A stretch of DNA of 64,000 nucleotides from Candidatus Dormiibacterota bacterium (GCA_036732165.1 DAINCX010000002.1:8462-72461); one strand, 5' to 3'. Counted from the first letter of the stretch, positions 21,347-32,819 are shown. Notes: generated from the sequence alone by a model not told the origin. Numbers and translations are program-made.

Positions 21347-21827
21347 GAATCTCCGTCTCCTGGATGGCTCGCTCGATCAGCTCGCGATGCTTCTTGGCGT
21401 CGAGGCTCTCACCGATGATCCTGCCGGCGGCCAGCAGCGCCAGGTCCGCAACCTGGGCCCGCAAATCCTGCACCGCCTTGTCACGCTCTTGCTGGATCTC
21501 GGCGCGGGCCTTCGCGATCAGCCCGTCGGCCTGCGTACGCGCCTTGGTCTCCAGCTGCTTGCGGAGGTCCTCGCCCTGCTTCGCGATGCGGTCCAGCAAC
21601 GCCTGGCCTTCACGTCGCGCCTCAGCGAGCCGCTCCTGGTACTCCTTCTCAGCCGCCGCCCGATCCTTCTTGGCCTCCTCGGCTGCGCGCAACCCTTCCG
21701 CGATCCGCTGGGTTCGCGCCTCGAGCACCTGCATGATCGGTCGGTAGAGATAGCGGGCAATCAGAAAGAGCAGCAAGAAGAAGGCGACGTCCGCGATCAG
21801 TACGGTCAGGTTCGGGACAACGAACAT
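21339..21827 (-). CDS. atpF: Fo ATP synthase subunit b
   Basis: An N-terminal TM segment (LTVLIADVAFFLLLFLIARYLY) followed by a long charged coiled coil. Confidence 0.85.
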   Translation of the reverse strand: MFVVPNLTVLIADVAFFLLLFLIARYLYRPIMQVLEARTQRIAEGLRAAEEAKKDRAAAEKEYQERLAEARREGQALLDRIAKQGEDLRKQLETKARTQADGLIAKARAEIQQERDKAVQDLRAQVADLALLAAGRIIGESLDAKKHRELIERAIQETEIRA

Positions 21828-21837
21828 GTCTTACGAC

Positions 21838-22914
<1,077 letters not shown>

Positions 22915-22918
<4 letters not shown>

Positions 22919-23292
22919 GTGGCCGTCTCGCCTTTCAGCGACCAGGCCACCGTCACCGGCACGCCCATCAGGATCACCAGGGCGACTCCGGCCACGAAGC
23001 CAAACGGGTTGGCCCCAACCAGCCGGTAACCACCGATGGCGATGAGTCCCACGAGGGTGAACCGGCTTGCCGTGCCGTAGAGAAATCCTGCGACGCTCGA
23101 GCGGGCGGTCAGGCGGCTCACCCGTTGGGCCAACAACGCGGTGTTGAGGCTGCCGGCCAGCCAGCCGGCGATCACGCCGAGCGACCAGTCAGGACGCCCG
23201 TAGATCATGCAGAGGGCGGCGGCCGCAAGGGCGGGCAGCGCCGCCAGTCCGCTCATCATCAGCGGGATGGAGAGGAGGGGACGCCTGGTCAA
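22915..23292 (-). CDS. atpI: ATP synthase protein I-like membrane protein
   Basis: 125 aa with 4 TM segments; operon position and an ATGA overlap with atpB. Confidence 0.6.
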
Positions 23293-23546
23293 TCCTTGAG
23301 CTCCTGCATCACGAGGCGGTAGACCCCGATGGTCGCGGCCGCGAGCCCGAGCAAGATCCCAATGATCAGAAAGAGCGGCCCGGTGCGCAGCATCCGATCG
23401 AGGAACAAGCCTAAAAGCACTCCTACCAGAAGACTTCCGACGGCCGAGAGACCCAGCCCGGTCACGAGTCCCATCGAGGAGAAGAGCTTCCGGTTCGAGG
23501 GCGGTGCCATCAGCAGGCTCCTTGATGGGGCAGGAGTCTCAAGCAA
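23289..23546 (-). CDS. AtpZ / ATPase_gene1-family small membrane protein
   Basis: ...GLVTGLGLSAVGSLLVGVLLGLFLDRMLRTGPLFLIIGILLGLAAATIGVYRLV matches the AtpZ pattern. The start may instead be Met13, at 23510. Confidence 0.6.
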   Translation of the reverse strand: MLETPAPSRSLLMAPPSNRKLFSSMGLVTGLGLSAVGSLLVGVLLGLFLDRMLRTGPLFLIIGILLGLAAATIGVYRLVMQELKD

Positions 23547-23603
23547 CTACAGCTTAGCAGGCGCCAAATTCGCGCCGCAATCAGGCGACCGCCGTCGGCC
23601 GGC

Positions 23604-24701
23604 TCAACCTCGGCTGATTCGCTGGAATCGACGCACCAAAATGATCAGGATGCCCAACAGGAGCAGGAGGATGGCGCCCAGCAACACCTTCTTGTGGCCG
23701 TAAATCGCCAGCCCCAGGGCGGCGAAGATCGCCGTCCCGAAGTAGAAGACGAGGGCGGTCTCGCGGGGGCTCAGCCCATAGTCGAGCAGGCGATGATGGA
23801 GGTGTTCCGCGTCTGGTGTCGCAATGGATTGGCCGCGGACCCGCCGTCGCAAAATCGCCCAGCCGGTATCAAAGATCGGGAGGGTCAGTGCCAGGATGGG
23901 CACCAGCAAGGAGAACACGACGGCGACCTTCGCGGTGGAGAGGACCGATAGCGCGGCCAGCGTGAAGCCGAGGAAGTTGCTGCCGGTGTCGCCCATGAAG
24001 ATGCGCGCCGGATGCCAGTTGAAGACCAGGAACCCGATGCAGGCGCCGATCAGGCAGCCGGCCAGGATCACGATGTCCGGACGTGACAGGTTGATGGCCG
24101 CCAGGAGGATGGCCGCGGCCACGATGGCGACGACCCCCGCGGCCAGCCCATCGACGCCGTCGATCAAGTTGATGGTGTTCTGCAGACCGACGAACCAGAG
24201 CACCGTGAGCGGGATGGCCACGACTGGGATCAGGTTGATGATGTGGCCGGGGACGCTGACCAACTTGATGTCGATCCCAAAGAGGATCACCGCCAGGAGG
24301 GAGGCCAACAACTGGAAGGCCAGCTTGAGCGATGGGGGGAGGCCCTTTCGGTCGTCGAGCACCATCAGGCTGGTGATGACCGCTGCCGAGAGTAGTAACC
24401 CCTCGGTCTGGCGGTTTGTCGAGAAGAACGCCGCCGAGAGGCCGAACCCGATATACATCGCCAGGCCTCCCAACAGCGGCGTCGCCCGTTGATGGATGCG
24501 ACGCCCGCCTGGCTCGGCAACGGCGCCGAGCCGAAAGGCTAACCACCGGACCGGAAAGATGACCACGACCGTAATCGCCAGGGCAACGAGGAAGGGCGGC
24601 ACGGCGGGGCCGAACCTGGCAGCCGAAAACGTCGTCCAGAACGTCGGGTCGTTGAAGATCGACGCGGTGTGGGCTAGTACGGCAGTGGAAACCGTTCGCA
24701 C
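23604..24701 (-). CDS. wecA: UDP-GlcNAc:undecaprenyl-phosphate GlcNAc-1-phosphate transferase (WecA/TagO family)
   Basis: ...[23 protein letters not shown]...[13 protein letters not shown]...: the MraY/WecA motifs. The start is uncertain; the annotated Met overlaps the glyA 3' end by 28 nt. Confidence 0.85.
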   Translation of the reverse strand: MRTVSTAVLAHTASIFNDPTFWTTFSAARFGPAVPPFLVALAITVVVIFPVRWLAFRLGAVAEPGGRRIHQRATPLLGGLAMYIGFGLSAAFFSTNRQTEGLLLSAAVITSLMVLDDRKGLPPSLKLAFQLLASLLAVILFGIDIKLVSVPGHIINLIPVVAIPLTVLWFVGLQNTINLIDGVDGLAAGVVAIVAAAILLAAINLSRPDIVILAGCLIGACIGFLVFNWHPARIFMGDTGSNFLGFTLAALSVLSTAKVAVVFSLLVPILALTLPIFDTGWAILRRRVRGQSIATPDAEHLHHRLLDYGLSPRETALVFYFGTAIFAALGLAIYGHKKVLLGAILLLLLGILIILVRRFQRISRG

Positions 24702-25933
24702 AGCGCCCGGCTGCGGGCGCGCACCTGCTCGTGCACGGTTCGGTCGTCGATGTGCTCGAGCAACTCGGCCACCATGTCGGCAATCTGGGTCATCTCCGCG
24801 GGGCCCATTCCTCGGGTCGTGACGGAAGGGCTCCCGAGGCGAATGCCGCTGGGATTGAACTTGCTGGCGGTGTCGTAGGGAATTGAGTTCCGGTTGACCG
24901 TGATCCCGACGGTGTCGAAGGTGTCCTGGACTTTCTTGCCCGTCAGGTTGAGCGGCCGCAGGTCCACCATCATCAGGTGGTTGTCGGTCCCGCCGCTGAC
25001 GAGCCGCAGGCGATGCCGGCTGAGCCCCTCAGCGAGCGCCCGCGCGTTGGCCACCACCGACTGGGCGTAGGTTTTGAACTCGGGCGTCTTCCACTGGGCC
25101 AGCATGACGGCCTTTCCCGCGATCGCGTGGTTGAGCGGGCCGCCCTGGATGCCGGGAAACACGCTCTTATCGAGCTCCGCGGCGTACTTCGACTTGCAGA
25201 GGATCATGGCGCCCCAGGGTCCGCGCATGGTCTTGTGGGTCGTGAAGCTCACGAAATCGGCGTAGGGGACCGGGCTCGGGTGGGCGCCCCCCGCGACAAG
25301 CCCGGCGAAGTGGGCCATGTCCACGAAGAAGATGGCATCGATGGAGCGCGCGATGGCGGCCATCCGCTCGAAGTCCAGGATCCGGGGGTAGGCGCTGTAC
25401 CCGGCCAGCAGCATCTTGGGCCGGACCTCCTTCGCCTGGCGCTCGAGAAGGTCGTAATCGATGCGTTCCGTCTCTTTATCGACCCCGTAGGGCACCACAT
25501 GGTAGAGCTTGCCGGAGAAGTTGACCGGACTCCCGTGGCTCAGATGCCCGCCCATGCTGAGATCCATACCGAGGACCGTGTCGCCCGGTTTGAGGACGCT
25601 GGCGTAGACAGCGTAGTTGGCGGTCGTCCCACTATGCGGTTGGACGTTGGCGTGCTCCGCGCCAAAGAGCGCCTTGGCGCGGTCGATCGCCAGGGTCTCG
25701 ATGCGGTCGACGTTCTCACAGCCGCCGTAGTAGCGCTTTCCGGGATACCCCTCGGCATATTTGTTGTTGAGGAGCGAGCCGAGGGCCTGGAGCACCGCCG
25801 GGCTGGCAATGTTTTCGGAGGGGATCAGCTCCAGCGTGTATTGCTGACGCTCGAATTCGGCGCGGATGGCGGCTCCGACCTCCGGGTCGACGGCATCGAT
25901 CCGGCTGGTCAGGTCGCGGGCCGCCTGGAGCAT
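24674..25933 (-). CDS. glyA: Serine hydroxymethyltransferase
   Basis: ...[18 protein letters not shown]...[13 protein letters not shown]...[14 protein letters not shown]... Confidence 0.95.
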   Translation of the reverse strand: MLQAARDLTSRIDAVDPEVGAAIRAEFERQQYTLELIPSENIASPAVLQALGSLLNNKYAEGYPGKRYYGGCENVDRIETLAIDRAKALFGAEHANVQPHSGTTANYAVYASVLKPGDTVLGMDLSMGGHLSHGSPVNFSGKLYHVVPYGVDKETERIDYDLLERQAKEVRPKMLLAGYSAYPRILDFERMAAIARSIDAIFFVDMAHFAGLVAGGAHPSPVPYADFVSFTTHKTMRGPWGAMILCKSKYAAELDKSVFPGIQGGPLNHAIAGKAVMLAQWKTPEFKTYAQSVVANARALAEGLSRHRLRLVSGGTDNHLMMVDLRPLNLTGKKVQDTFDTVGITVNRNSIPYDTASKFNPSGIRLGSPSVTTRGMGPAEMTQIADMVAELLEHIDDRTVHEQVRARSRALCERFPLPY

Positions 25934-25966
25934 CCGCTCATTATCCGGAATTGAGCCGAGTCCCGA

Positions 25967-26488
25967 TCATTGGATTCCGAGATCCCGGTCCGGGACCGCG
26001 CCGGATCGAATGATTCGCGGGGTCGGGCCACTCAGGTCGAGGATCGTCGAAGGCTGTCCCAGTTGGCAAGGGCCGCCGTCGAGGACCAGGTCCAGGCCAG
26101 GCCCCAGGCCGGCCAGCACGGCATCCGCATCCACCGGGGCCGGCTTGCCCGCCTCGTTGGCGCTGCTGCTCGCGATGGGTTCGCCCAGCGCGTTCAGCAC
26201 CGCCATCGCCACCGGATGGTCCGGCGCGCGAGCCGCGATCGTCTCGCCGGCAGGGCCCGACCTCCCGGGCAGCACGAGGGTCAGGGGACCCGGCCAGAAG
26301 CGCGCAACCAGGTCGATGGCATGGGCCGAGACCGTGGCTCGCTCCCGGACGTCGTCAAGGCCGCGAACCAGGAGCACGAGCGGCTGGGAACGGGGACGCC
26401 GCTTCACCTCGTACAGCCGCGTCACGGCCGCCGGGTCGCCGGCGCGGGCCCCGACGGCATACAGCGTATCCGTCGGGAAGGCGATCAC
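25967..26488 (-). CDS. tsaC: L-threonylcarbamoyladenylate synthase (TsaC/YrdC, short form); the true N-terminus is probably further upstream
   Basis: VIAFPTDTLYAVGARAGDPAAVTRLYEVKRRPRSQPLVLLV. The in-frame upstream sequence reads ...ERWPADPTSIAAAAARLVTGGV with no canonical start before it overlaps prmC. Confidence 0.8.
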   Translation of the reverse strand: MIAFPTDTLYAVGARAGDPAAVTRLYEVKRRPRSQPLVLLVRGLDDVRERATVSAHAIDLVARFWPGPLTLVLPGRSGPAGETIAARAPDHPVAMAVLNALGEPIASSSANEAGKPAPVDADAVLAGLGPGLDLVLDGGPCQLGQPSTILDLSGPTPRIIRSGAVPDRDLGIQ

Positions 26489-26553
26489 CCCGCCGGTGAC
26501 GAGCCGGGCTGCCGCCGCGGCGATCGAGGTCGGATCAGCCGGCCATCGCTCCG

Positions 26554-27420
26554 TCAGGAAGGCACCTCGACGCGGACGACCCGGTCCCGGCCAGCCAGGT
26601 CTTTGTGGATGGTGATGGAGGCGTCTGGCCAGTAACCCCGGGCCAGGCGGGTAAGGCGACGCGCCTGCGCCGGATCACACTCGAGCAGCATCGCCCCGGG
26701 CGTCCCCAGCACGGCCGGCGCCTGCGCCATAGCGCTCCGAATCAGGGCCAGCCCATCCCGGCCGCCATCGAGGGCGAGGGCTGGCTCGTAATCGAGTTCT
26801 CTCGGGCGTACCCGCTTCTGCGCCTCCGAGATATAGGGAAGGTTGGCGAGAATCAGGTCTGCCGGCCGCGCACCGCGCAGCAGGTCCCCCCGCTGGGGAA
26901 TGATTCGCCGGCGAAGTCGGTAGCGGGCGATGTTCGCGGCCGCGACCCGCAGGGCTCGCGTGCTGACATCCCTGGCGACGATCTGAACCCTGGGGACGGC
27001 TTTGGCGACCGCAATCCCCACCGCACCACTGCCGGTACCGAGATCGATGACCCGCCGCGCGCCTGAATGACGGTTCAGCCAATCGATCGCCAGGTCGACC
27101 AGCAATTCACTTTCCGGCCGCGGAATCAGGACCGCCGGGCTCACCGCCAGCAGGTACCCGTAGAACTCGCGCTCTCCCGTCAGGTATGGCACCGGAACCC
27201 GGGCGGCGCGGCGCGCCGTCAAGCGCCGCAGCCGCTGCCGCTGCGCGTCGGTCAGCTTTTGCTCGGGGTGAGTGTGCAGCCGGACCCGAGAGCTGTTCAG
27301 CACGTGCGCGACCAGGATCTCGGCGTCGAGCCAGGCATACGGGATACGCGCCCCCTTCAGCTCCGCTCGCGTCCTGGCGAGTTGGGATCTGACCGAGGCC
27401 TGATCAGCCGCGGGCGCCAT
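26554..27420 (-). CDS. prmC: Release-factor glutamine N5-methyltransferase
   Basis: ...VIDLGTGSGAVGIAVA...LILANLPYISE...: NPPY-type motif and SAM-binding motif. Confidence 0.9.
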   Translation of the reverse strand: MAPAADQASVRSQLARTRAELKGARIPYAWLDAEILVAHVLNSSRVRLHTHPEQKLTDAQRQRLRRLTARRAARVPVPYLTGEREFYGYLLAVSPAVLIPRPESELLVDLAIDWLNRHSGARRVIDLGTGSGAVGIAVAKAVPRVQIVARDVSTRALRVAAANIARYRLRRRIIPQRGDLLRGARPADLILANLPYISEAQKRVRPRELDYEPALALDGGRDGLALIRSAMAQAPAVLGTPGAMLLECDPAQARRLTRLARGYWPDASITIHKDLAGRDRVVRVEVPS

Positions 27421-28504
27421 TCGGCGGTGGCTCTTTGAGACGGTTCTCCTGGTCCCAGGCGATCAGCCGATCGATCACCGGACTCATGTCGCCCTCACCG
27501 ACGAACTGGGGCAGCTTGTAGTACTTGAAATCGATCCGGTGATCCGTAATCCGGCCCTCCGGATAGTTGTAGGTCCTAACCTTTTCACTTCGGTCGCCGG
27601 ACCCCACCGCCGAACGCCGTACTTCGGTGAGGGCCGCATGCTGTTGGGCCATCTGTCGATCGAGCAAGCGGGCCATCAGCACCTTTTCCGCCTTCGCCTT
27701 GTTCTTGAGCTGCGAGCGCTCGTCCTGGCACGTGACCACGATCGGCGGACCGCCGTCCTCGGGAGTGTAGGTCAGGCGCACCGCCGAGTCCGTCGTGTTG
27801 ACGCTCTGCCCACCGTGCCCGCCGGAGCGATAGACGTCGACCTTGAGCCGTTCAGGGTCGATCGCGACGTCGACCTCTTCGGCCTCCGGCATCACCACAA
27901 CAGTGGCCGTCGAGGTGTGAATACGACCCTGCGCCTCGGTCTCCGGCACGCGCTGCACCCGGTGCACACCATTCTCGAACTTGAGGTGCGAGTAGGCGCC
28001 TCGACCGCGGATCTCGAAAACCACCTCTTTGAAGCCTCCGCGCTCCGTCTGACTCTCGGAGACGAGGTCGACTTTCCAGCGTCGCGCCTCGGCATAACGT
28101 CCATACATTTTGAATAGGTCGGCGGCGAAGAGCCCCGCCTCGTCGCCTCCGGTACCCTGCCGGATCTCGACGATGACGTCTTTCTCGTCATTCGGATCTT
28201 TGGGGATCAACGCCAGCTTCAGCTCCGCCTCCAGCCGATTGCGCTCGGCCTGCTGGCGCTCGAGCTCCTGTCGCGCATAGGCTTGCATCTCCGGATCCCG
28301 CTCCTGCTCTGCCATCTCCCGCGCCTCAGTCATCCCCCGGTCGGCTTTGCGATAGGCGTCGTAGAGCTGGACCAGCTCGCGCAGCTGTGCTTGTTCCTTA
28401 CCGAGGCGTTGGACTTCCTTGAGATCGGCGTGAACCGCCGGGTCGGAGAGCCGTTGCGTGATCTCGTCGTATCGGGCCCGAACGGCATCGAGCTGTTCGA
28501 ACAT
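27404..28504 (-). CDS. prfA: Peptide chain release factor 1
   Basis: ...YRSGGHGGQSVNTTDSAVRLTYTPEDGGPPIVVTCQDERSQLKNK...: GGQ motif and PxT-type domain. Confidence 0.95.
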   Translation of the reverse strand: MFEQLDAVRARYDEITQRLSDPAVHADLKEVQRLGKEQAQLRELVQLYDAYRKADRGMTEAREMAEQERDPEMQAYARQELERQQAERNRLEAELKLALIPKDPNDEKDVIVEIRQGTGGDEAGLFAADLFKMYGRYAEARRWKVDLVSESQTERGGFKEVVFEIRGRGAYSHLKFENGVHRVQRVPETEAQGRIHTSTATVVVMPEAEEVDVAIDPERLKVDVYRSGGHGGQSVNTTDSAVRLTYTPEDGGPPIVVTCQDERSQLKNKAKAEKVLMARLLDRQMAQQHAALTEVRRSAVGSGDRSEKVRTYNYPEGRITDHRIDFKYYKLPQFVGEGDMSPVIDRLIAWDQENRLKEPPPNGARG

Positions 28505-29418
28505 CAGGCCGCGGCCTCTTGCTCCTCCTGCCGCGCTGCCTGGAATGAGGCCAACGCGACCTCGAGCTGGCGATCGTCCGGCTCGCGGGTGGTCAGTTTC
28601 TGAGTCAGCAAGAACGGGATGATGAGCACCTTGACGACCGGGTTGCGCCGGTTACGCCCGGCGAACCGGATGAACTCATAGGCCAGCATCGCAATCAGGG
28701 GAATCAGGACCAGCCGGGACAGCAGCAGGATTGGCAGCGCCGGCCGGCCGACCAGCCCGAAGACGAAGGCACTGACCACCATCACGGCCAGCAGGAAGCC
28801 CGTGCCACAACGCGGGTGGAGCGTGCTCTGCGTCCGCACGTTGGGCACGTCCAGCGGGAGGCCGGCCTCGAACGCGTTGATCGTCTTGTGCTCGGCGCCA
28901 TGGTAGGCGAACAGCCGGGCAATCTCCGCCTTGAAGGAGATCGCGTACAGGTAGAGCAGCAGGAGCGCGATCCGGACCAGGCCATCGACCAGGCCAAAGA
29001 ACAGGTTGCCATGGCCACGACTGAGGAAGCCGGCCGCCAGCAGGGGCACGCCGAGAAAGAAGAACAGGGCCCCCACGATGGCGATGCCCATCGTGACCCG
29101 GATCACGTTCCCATTCAGCTCCAGCTGTTCGCCTTCCGCCTGAACGTTGGCCGAGTAGACGAGGGCTTTCATCCCGAGGTGCAGCATTTCCCACAGGCCG
29201 GCGAGCCCGCGGAGCAGCGGCAGCTTCCAAACCGGATGGGTGTAGACGACCGAGCGCAGGCGCTCGCGAAGGATCTGGATCTCCCCGTCCGGCCGCCGAA
29301 CCGCGACCGCATAGGTGGTCCGTCCGCGCATCAGGACGCCTTCCAGCACGGCCTGACCGCCGTAGAAGAACTTGTCCTGGCTCACAGCCGCCATGATGCT
29401 ATCACCCAAGCCGTGCAA
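28504..29418 (-). CDS. DUF1385-family membrane protein
   Basis: ...FAYHGAEHKTINAFEAGLPLDVPNVRTQSTLHPRCGTGFLLAVMVVS... The start is possibly Met9. It sits between rpmE and prfA, as in Clostridia. Confidence 0.7.
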   Translation of the reverse strand: MHGLGDSIMAAVSQDKFFYGGQAVLEGVLMRGRTTYAVAVRRPDGEIQILRERLRSVVYTHPVWKLPLLRGLAGLWEMLHLGMKALVYSANVQAEGEQLELNGNVIRVTMGIAIVGALFFFLGVPLLAAGFLSRGHGNLFFGLVDGLVRIALLLLYLYAISFKAEIARLFAYHGAEHKTINAFEAGLPLDVPNVRTQSTLHPRCGTGFLLAVMVVSAFVFGLVGRPALPILLLSRLVLIPLIAMLAYEFIRFAGRNRRNPVVKVLIIPFLLTQKLTTREPDDRQLEVALASFQAARQEEQEAAA

Positions 29419-29430
29419 CGGCCGGGGCGG

Positions 29431-29637
29431 TTATCTCTTCCGCTGCTGGCGCTGCTGGAAGCGGTCGACGCGACCCTGCGTGTCCACGATCCGCTGCTGG
29501 CCGCTAAAGAACGGATGGCAGACGGAGCAGACCTCGGTCTTGAGTTCCTTTTGTGTGGAACCTGTCACGAAGGTGTTGCCGCACAGGCAATGCACGACCG
29601 CGTCGTGATGGTAGGTCGGATGGATGGTGGCTTTCAC
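29431..29637 (-). CDS. rpmE: 50S ribosomal protein L31
   Basis: [60 protein letters not shown]. Confidence 0.92.
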   Translation of the reverse strand: MKATIHPTYHHDAVVHCLCGNTFVTGSTQKELKTEVCSVCHPFFSGQQRIVDTQGRVDRFQQRQQRKR

Positions 29638-29652
29638 GGGTTCTCCATTCTA

Positions 29653-30513
29653 TCAGCCAGTGGTATTCAGCACCGAGGACGTATCGATGAGACCGAGGCC
29701 CAGGCCGAGCAGGAGGCCCAGGTAGAGCGCGCCCACGATCACCTTCGTCCGGGCATCGACGGCATAGTAGGCCGGGTTCAGCGTCGTCGAGCGAAACCGC
29801 TGGTAGGTGCTGTAGGCGCCAAAGATCAGGACGAGGAAGAGGATCGGGCTGTGAAAATTCCCGAAGAGCAGCAGGCCGGCGGCAACGGCCAGGCCGGCGA
29901 CGTTGAACCACTTCGAAAGTAGGGAGAGGATGCGTCCGCCATCGAGGGGGGTGACGGGCACCAGGTTGAAGAGGTTGATCAGAAACCCGAAGTAGGCCAG
30001 GGCGCGGAGCAGTTGTCCCAGGCTGGTTCCCGGCATCGCCAGCGAGCCCGCATAGCAAAGGCCGGCAGCCAGCGATCCCAGCACCGGCCCGCCAATGGCC
30101 ATCAGCGATTCCTGGGCCACGGTTCGAGGCGATTGCTGCATCCGAACGAAGGCGCCGAGAAATGGAATCAGGACCGGCAACGTCACGGGCATCCCCATCA
30201 GCCTGGCGACGACCAGGTGGCCGCTCTCGTGCACCAGGATCAGCAACACAATCCCGACCGCAAACGACCAGCCGAAGAGCTGGGCATACAGGAGGGCGGT
30301 TACCCCGCTGGAGACGACCGTCAGGGTCAGGCCCTTGAATTTGAGGAGCACGCCGACAACCGCCAGGGCGCCGGTCGCTAAACCGCTCCGTCCTGGATTG
30401 CGCGGTGACGCCTGGGCCGGGATATCGGCCTGGACAGGACGATCGGTCCCATAGCCATAGTCGGCGCCCCCCTTGGGCGGTTCGCCGGTGTGCGGATACA
30501 GGTCACCCATCAC
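29653..30513 (-). CDS. M50-family (site-2 protease-like) membrane metalloprotease
   Basis: HESGH (HExxH) in a TM helix plus ...NLVPVTPLDGGRIL (LDG motif). Confidence 0.8.
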   Translation of the reverse strand: MMGDLYPHTGEPPKGGADYGYGTDRPVQADIPAQASPRNPGRSGLATGALAVVGVLLKFKGLTLTVVSSGVTALLYAQLFGWSFAVGIVLLILVHESGHLVVARLMGMPVTLPVLIPFLGAFVRMQQSPRTVAQESLMAIGGPVLGSLAAGLCYAGSLAMPGTSLGQLLRALAYFGFLINLFNLVPVTPLDGGRILSLLSKWFNVAGLAVAAGLLLFGNFHSPILFLVLIFGAYSTYQRFRSTTLNPAYYAVDARTKVIVGALYLGLLLGLGLGLIDTSSVLNTTG

Positions 30514-30545
30514 CTACAAGCATGCCCACGGCTGCCCCCTTTTAA

Positions 30546-31793
30546 TCAGATTGAGATCGGCTCGAGCACCCTCCAGGGCCTTGTGAAGTTGCCCAGCCGC
30601 AGCTCGGGGCAGCGGCTCTTGAGCTGCGAGACAAAGGCTCGCATCCCGATCCCGGTCGTCCTTGAGGGGATTCGATCGAGGAGCCAGATCGGATCCACGT
30701 TGAGCGTGCGGAGCTGGACCTGGCCGACGCCATGCTGGCCAATGAACGCCACCAGGGCATCCAGCTCGGCTGGGGCATCGGTCATGCCCGGAAAGGTCAG
30801 TAGGTTGATCGTCACCTGGCCACCGGCCCGGTGGATCAGATCGGCGCACGCCGCCACCTCCGGCAGGCCGTACCCAACCGGGCGGTAATAGGCCCGAAAT
30901 CGAGCCTCGTCCAGGCTGAAGATGCTGATCCGGATCGAGTTGAGGCCGGCAGCGATCAGGCGGCCCAGCACCGCGGGGCGGGAGCCGTTGGTATTGATAT
31001 GAATGGTCGCGCCGGGCGCCGCCGCACGAATCCGCCGGGTGGCCTCGACGAGGACCTGTCCGCGAGTCAGCGGTTCTCCTTCACACCCCTGCCCAAAGCT
31101 CACGAAATTCTCGGGGCTCGCGGACAGGTGCCACGCGGCCAGCTCGGCGATCTCAGTCGCCGAGGGGGCGAAGGCCATGCGGGTCTGCGGTGACGCGACA
31201 TCGCCCCACTGCTCGGAGATGCACCCCAGGCAGGCCGCGTTGCAGGCCGGAGACACCGGGATGGCGCCTTCCCCGCGGCGGATGAAGACGTTTTGCGCGG
31301 TCAGGCAGCGGTAGTCCGTGGCACAGGTGGTCAGGTGACGGACGAGGCGGTTACCGGGTAGGACGCGCAGCGCGCCGCGGAGCGCCGGCGCGAGATGCTG
31401 GCGATCGACGGCCTCAGGGTTCCAGGCGTCCCAATGGTCGGTGCGCATGGCGGCCACCCGCGTCTCGCCGTCGACCACACCGACGGCCGCATAGCCGTAG
31501 AGCGGAAGCACCGGCGCGGCGTCGTCCGCGTCGTAGGCGGGCAGCAGGGTGCGCAGGTAGCCGGGTGGAAGCACGGCCGCCACGGCGAGCTGGCCCTCGT
31601 CCCGCAGGGAGACGATGGAGGAGGCCCGACCGCCCACCGCAAAACGACCAGGAAGGTGCACCAGGGTCGTGCCGGGGGGAGCCGGGATCCAGCGATCGGC
31701 AGTGGCCACCTCCCAGCCACTGCGGCCCAGCGCCTGAAGCGACGGATGCGGCGAAAGGCGACCGTCCGGATTCGCCGTGAGAAGGCGCGGCAC
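30546..31793 (-). CDS. Radical SAM domain protein with a roughly 170-aa N-terminal domain of unknown function
   Basis: CNAACLGC is a CX3CX2C cluster, and ...FGQGCEGEPL is the GGEP-like SAM motif. There is no SPASM-type C-terminal Cys cluster. Confidence 0.7.
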   Translation of the reverse strand: MPRLLTANPDGRLSPHPSLQALGRSGWEVATADRWIPAPPGTTLVHLPGRFAVGGRASSIVSLRDEGQLAVAAVLPPGYLRTLLPAYDADDAAPVLPLYGYAAVGVVDGETRVAAMRTDHWDAWNPEAVDRQHLAPALRGALRVLPGNRLVRHLTTCATDYRCLTAQNVFIRRGEGAIPVSPACNAACLGCISEQWGDVASPQTRMAFAPSATEIAELAAWHLSASPENFVSFGQGCEGEPLTRGQVLVEATRRIRAAAPGATIHINTNGSRPAVLGRLIAAGLNSIRISIFSLDEARFRAYYRPVGYGLPEVAACADLIHRAGGQVTINLLTFPGMTDAPAELDALVAFIGQHGVGQVQLRTLNVDPIWLLDRIPSRTTGIGMRAFVSQLKSRCPELRLGNFTRPWRVLEPISI

Positions 31794-31814
31794 GCTCCTA
31801 CGTTACCGCGCCGG

Positions 31815-32744
31815 TTATGAGAGGAAGTCGAGCGGGTTCTGCGGGACGCCCTGGTAGCGGATCTCGAAGTGAAGGTGCGGACCCGTGGATCGGCCGGTGG
31901 ATCCCATCAACCCGATCTCCTGGCCCGGCGTGACAACCTCCCCGGTTCGCACCAGCACCGCGGACATGTGGCCGTAGATGGTGTGGAAGCCGTTGCCATG
32001 GTCGATCTCGACGTAGATCCCATAGGACCCCCAGCCGGCGAAGACCACCTGGCCCGCGTCGGCCGCGACTTCGGGCGTGCCGACGGCATTGGCAATGTCC
32101 AGGCCAGGGTGGTATTGCCAGAAATAGGTCGTAATCGTGCCCTGCGCCGGCCAGATGAATCGCGCCAGATGATGGAGACGCTCGGCCGGCCCAGGTGTCA
32201 CCTGCCGCGGCGCCAGCGCCTGGGTGTCGGCCGCCGGGATGAAGACTTGCCTCGGCAGCGGCGATCCTTCGGCCAGGCCGTTGACGGCCCGGATGGTCGT
32301 GATGTCCGCCCGGTAGGCATTGGTGAGGTCGCGGAGGGTTTCCCCGGGCGGGACGTCGATCATGGTGCCATCGATCGGGGGAATGATCATGACGTCGCCC
32401 GGCACCGGAGGCTGGGAGGCGTTGAGCCCGTTGACCTGCAGCAGGGTATCCAGGTTGATCCCAGCCTGGCGCGCGATGCTGGTCAGCGCGTCGCCAGGCT
32501 GGACCTGATACACGCGAAGCGCCGGCAGCTGGCCGGCCTGGGCCGCGGTCGACGGCGTCCCCACGCGCAGGTCGGCCTGCCTGGCGCTGCGGGGCGCCCC
32601 GGCGGAGGCCTGGATCACGTCGCCATCCGCCGCCGGCAGGCGAAGTCCGAGAGGCACGAGCGCCGTGCCGAGCAGGGCAACAGCCAGGATGAATCCGTGG
32701 GTCGCCAGCCTGGGGGCGGCGGCAAGCAATGGCTTTTTCGACAA
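31815..32744 (-). CDS. M23 (LytM) peptidase with LysM domain
   Basis: N-terminal signal/TM segment. The LysM domain reads VYQVQPGDALTSIARQAGINLDTLLQVNGL. The M23 domain shows ...HGNGFHTIYGHMS...GSTGRSTGPHLHFEIRYQG. Confidence 0.85.
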   Translation of the reverse strand: MSKKPLLAAAPRLATHGFILAVALLGTALVPLGLRLPAADGDVIQASAGAPRSARQADLRVGTPSTAAQAGQLPALRVYQVQPGDALTSIARQAGINLDTLLQVNGLNASQPPVPGDVMIIPPIDGTMIDVPPGETLRDLTNAYRADITTIRAVNGLAEGSPLPRQVFIPAADTQALAPRQVTPGPAERLHHLARFIWPAQGTITTYFWQYHPGLDIANAVGTPEVAADAGQVVFAGWGSYGIYVEIDHGNGFHTIYGHMSAVLVRTGEVVTPGQEIGLMGSTGRSTGPHLHFEIRYQGVPQNPLDFLS

Positions 32745-32796
32745 AACGCGGGTCAGTCTAGTCGCCGTGGCGGCGCAGCGTCAAATGATGCACAGT

Positions 32797-32819
32797 CATT
32801 TGCACGTATGGTGCAAATG
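32797..32819. promoter_or_regulatory. Perfect 9-bp inverted repeat, CATTTGCAC-gtatg-GTGCAAATG, in a local AT-rich patch
   Basis: Read directly at 32797-32819. It is flanked by a second inverted repeat, AAATGA-tgcacag-TCATTT (32783-32801), and lies about 55-75 nt upstream of the M23/LysM peptidase start. Confidence 0.5.
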
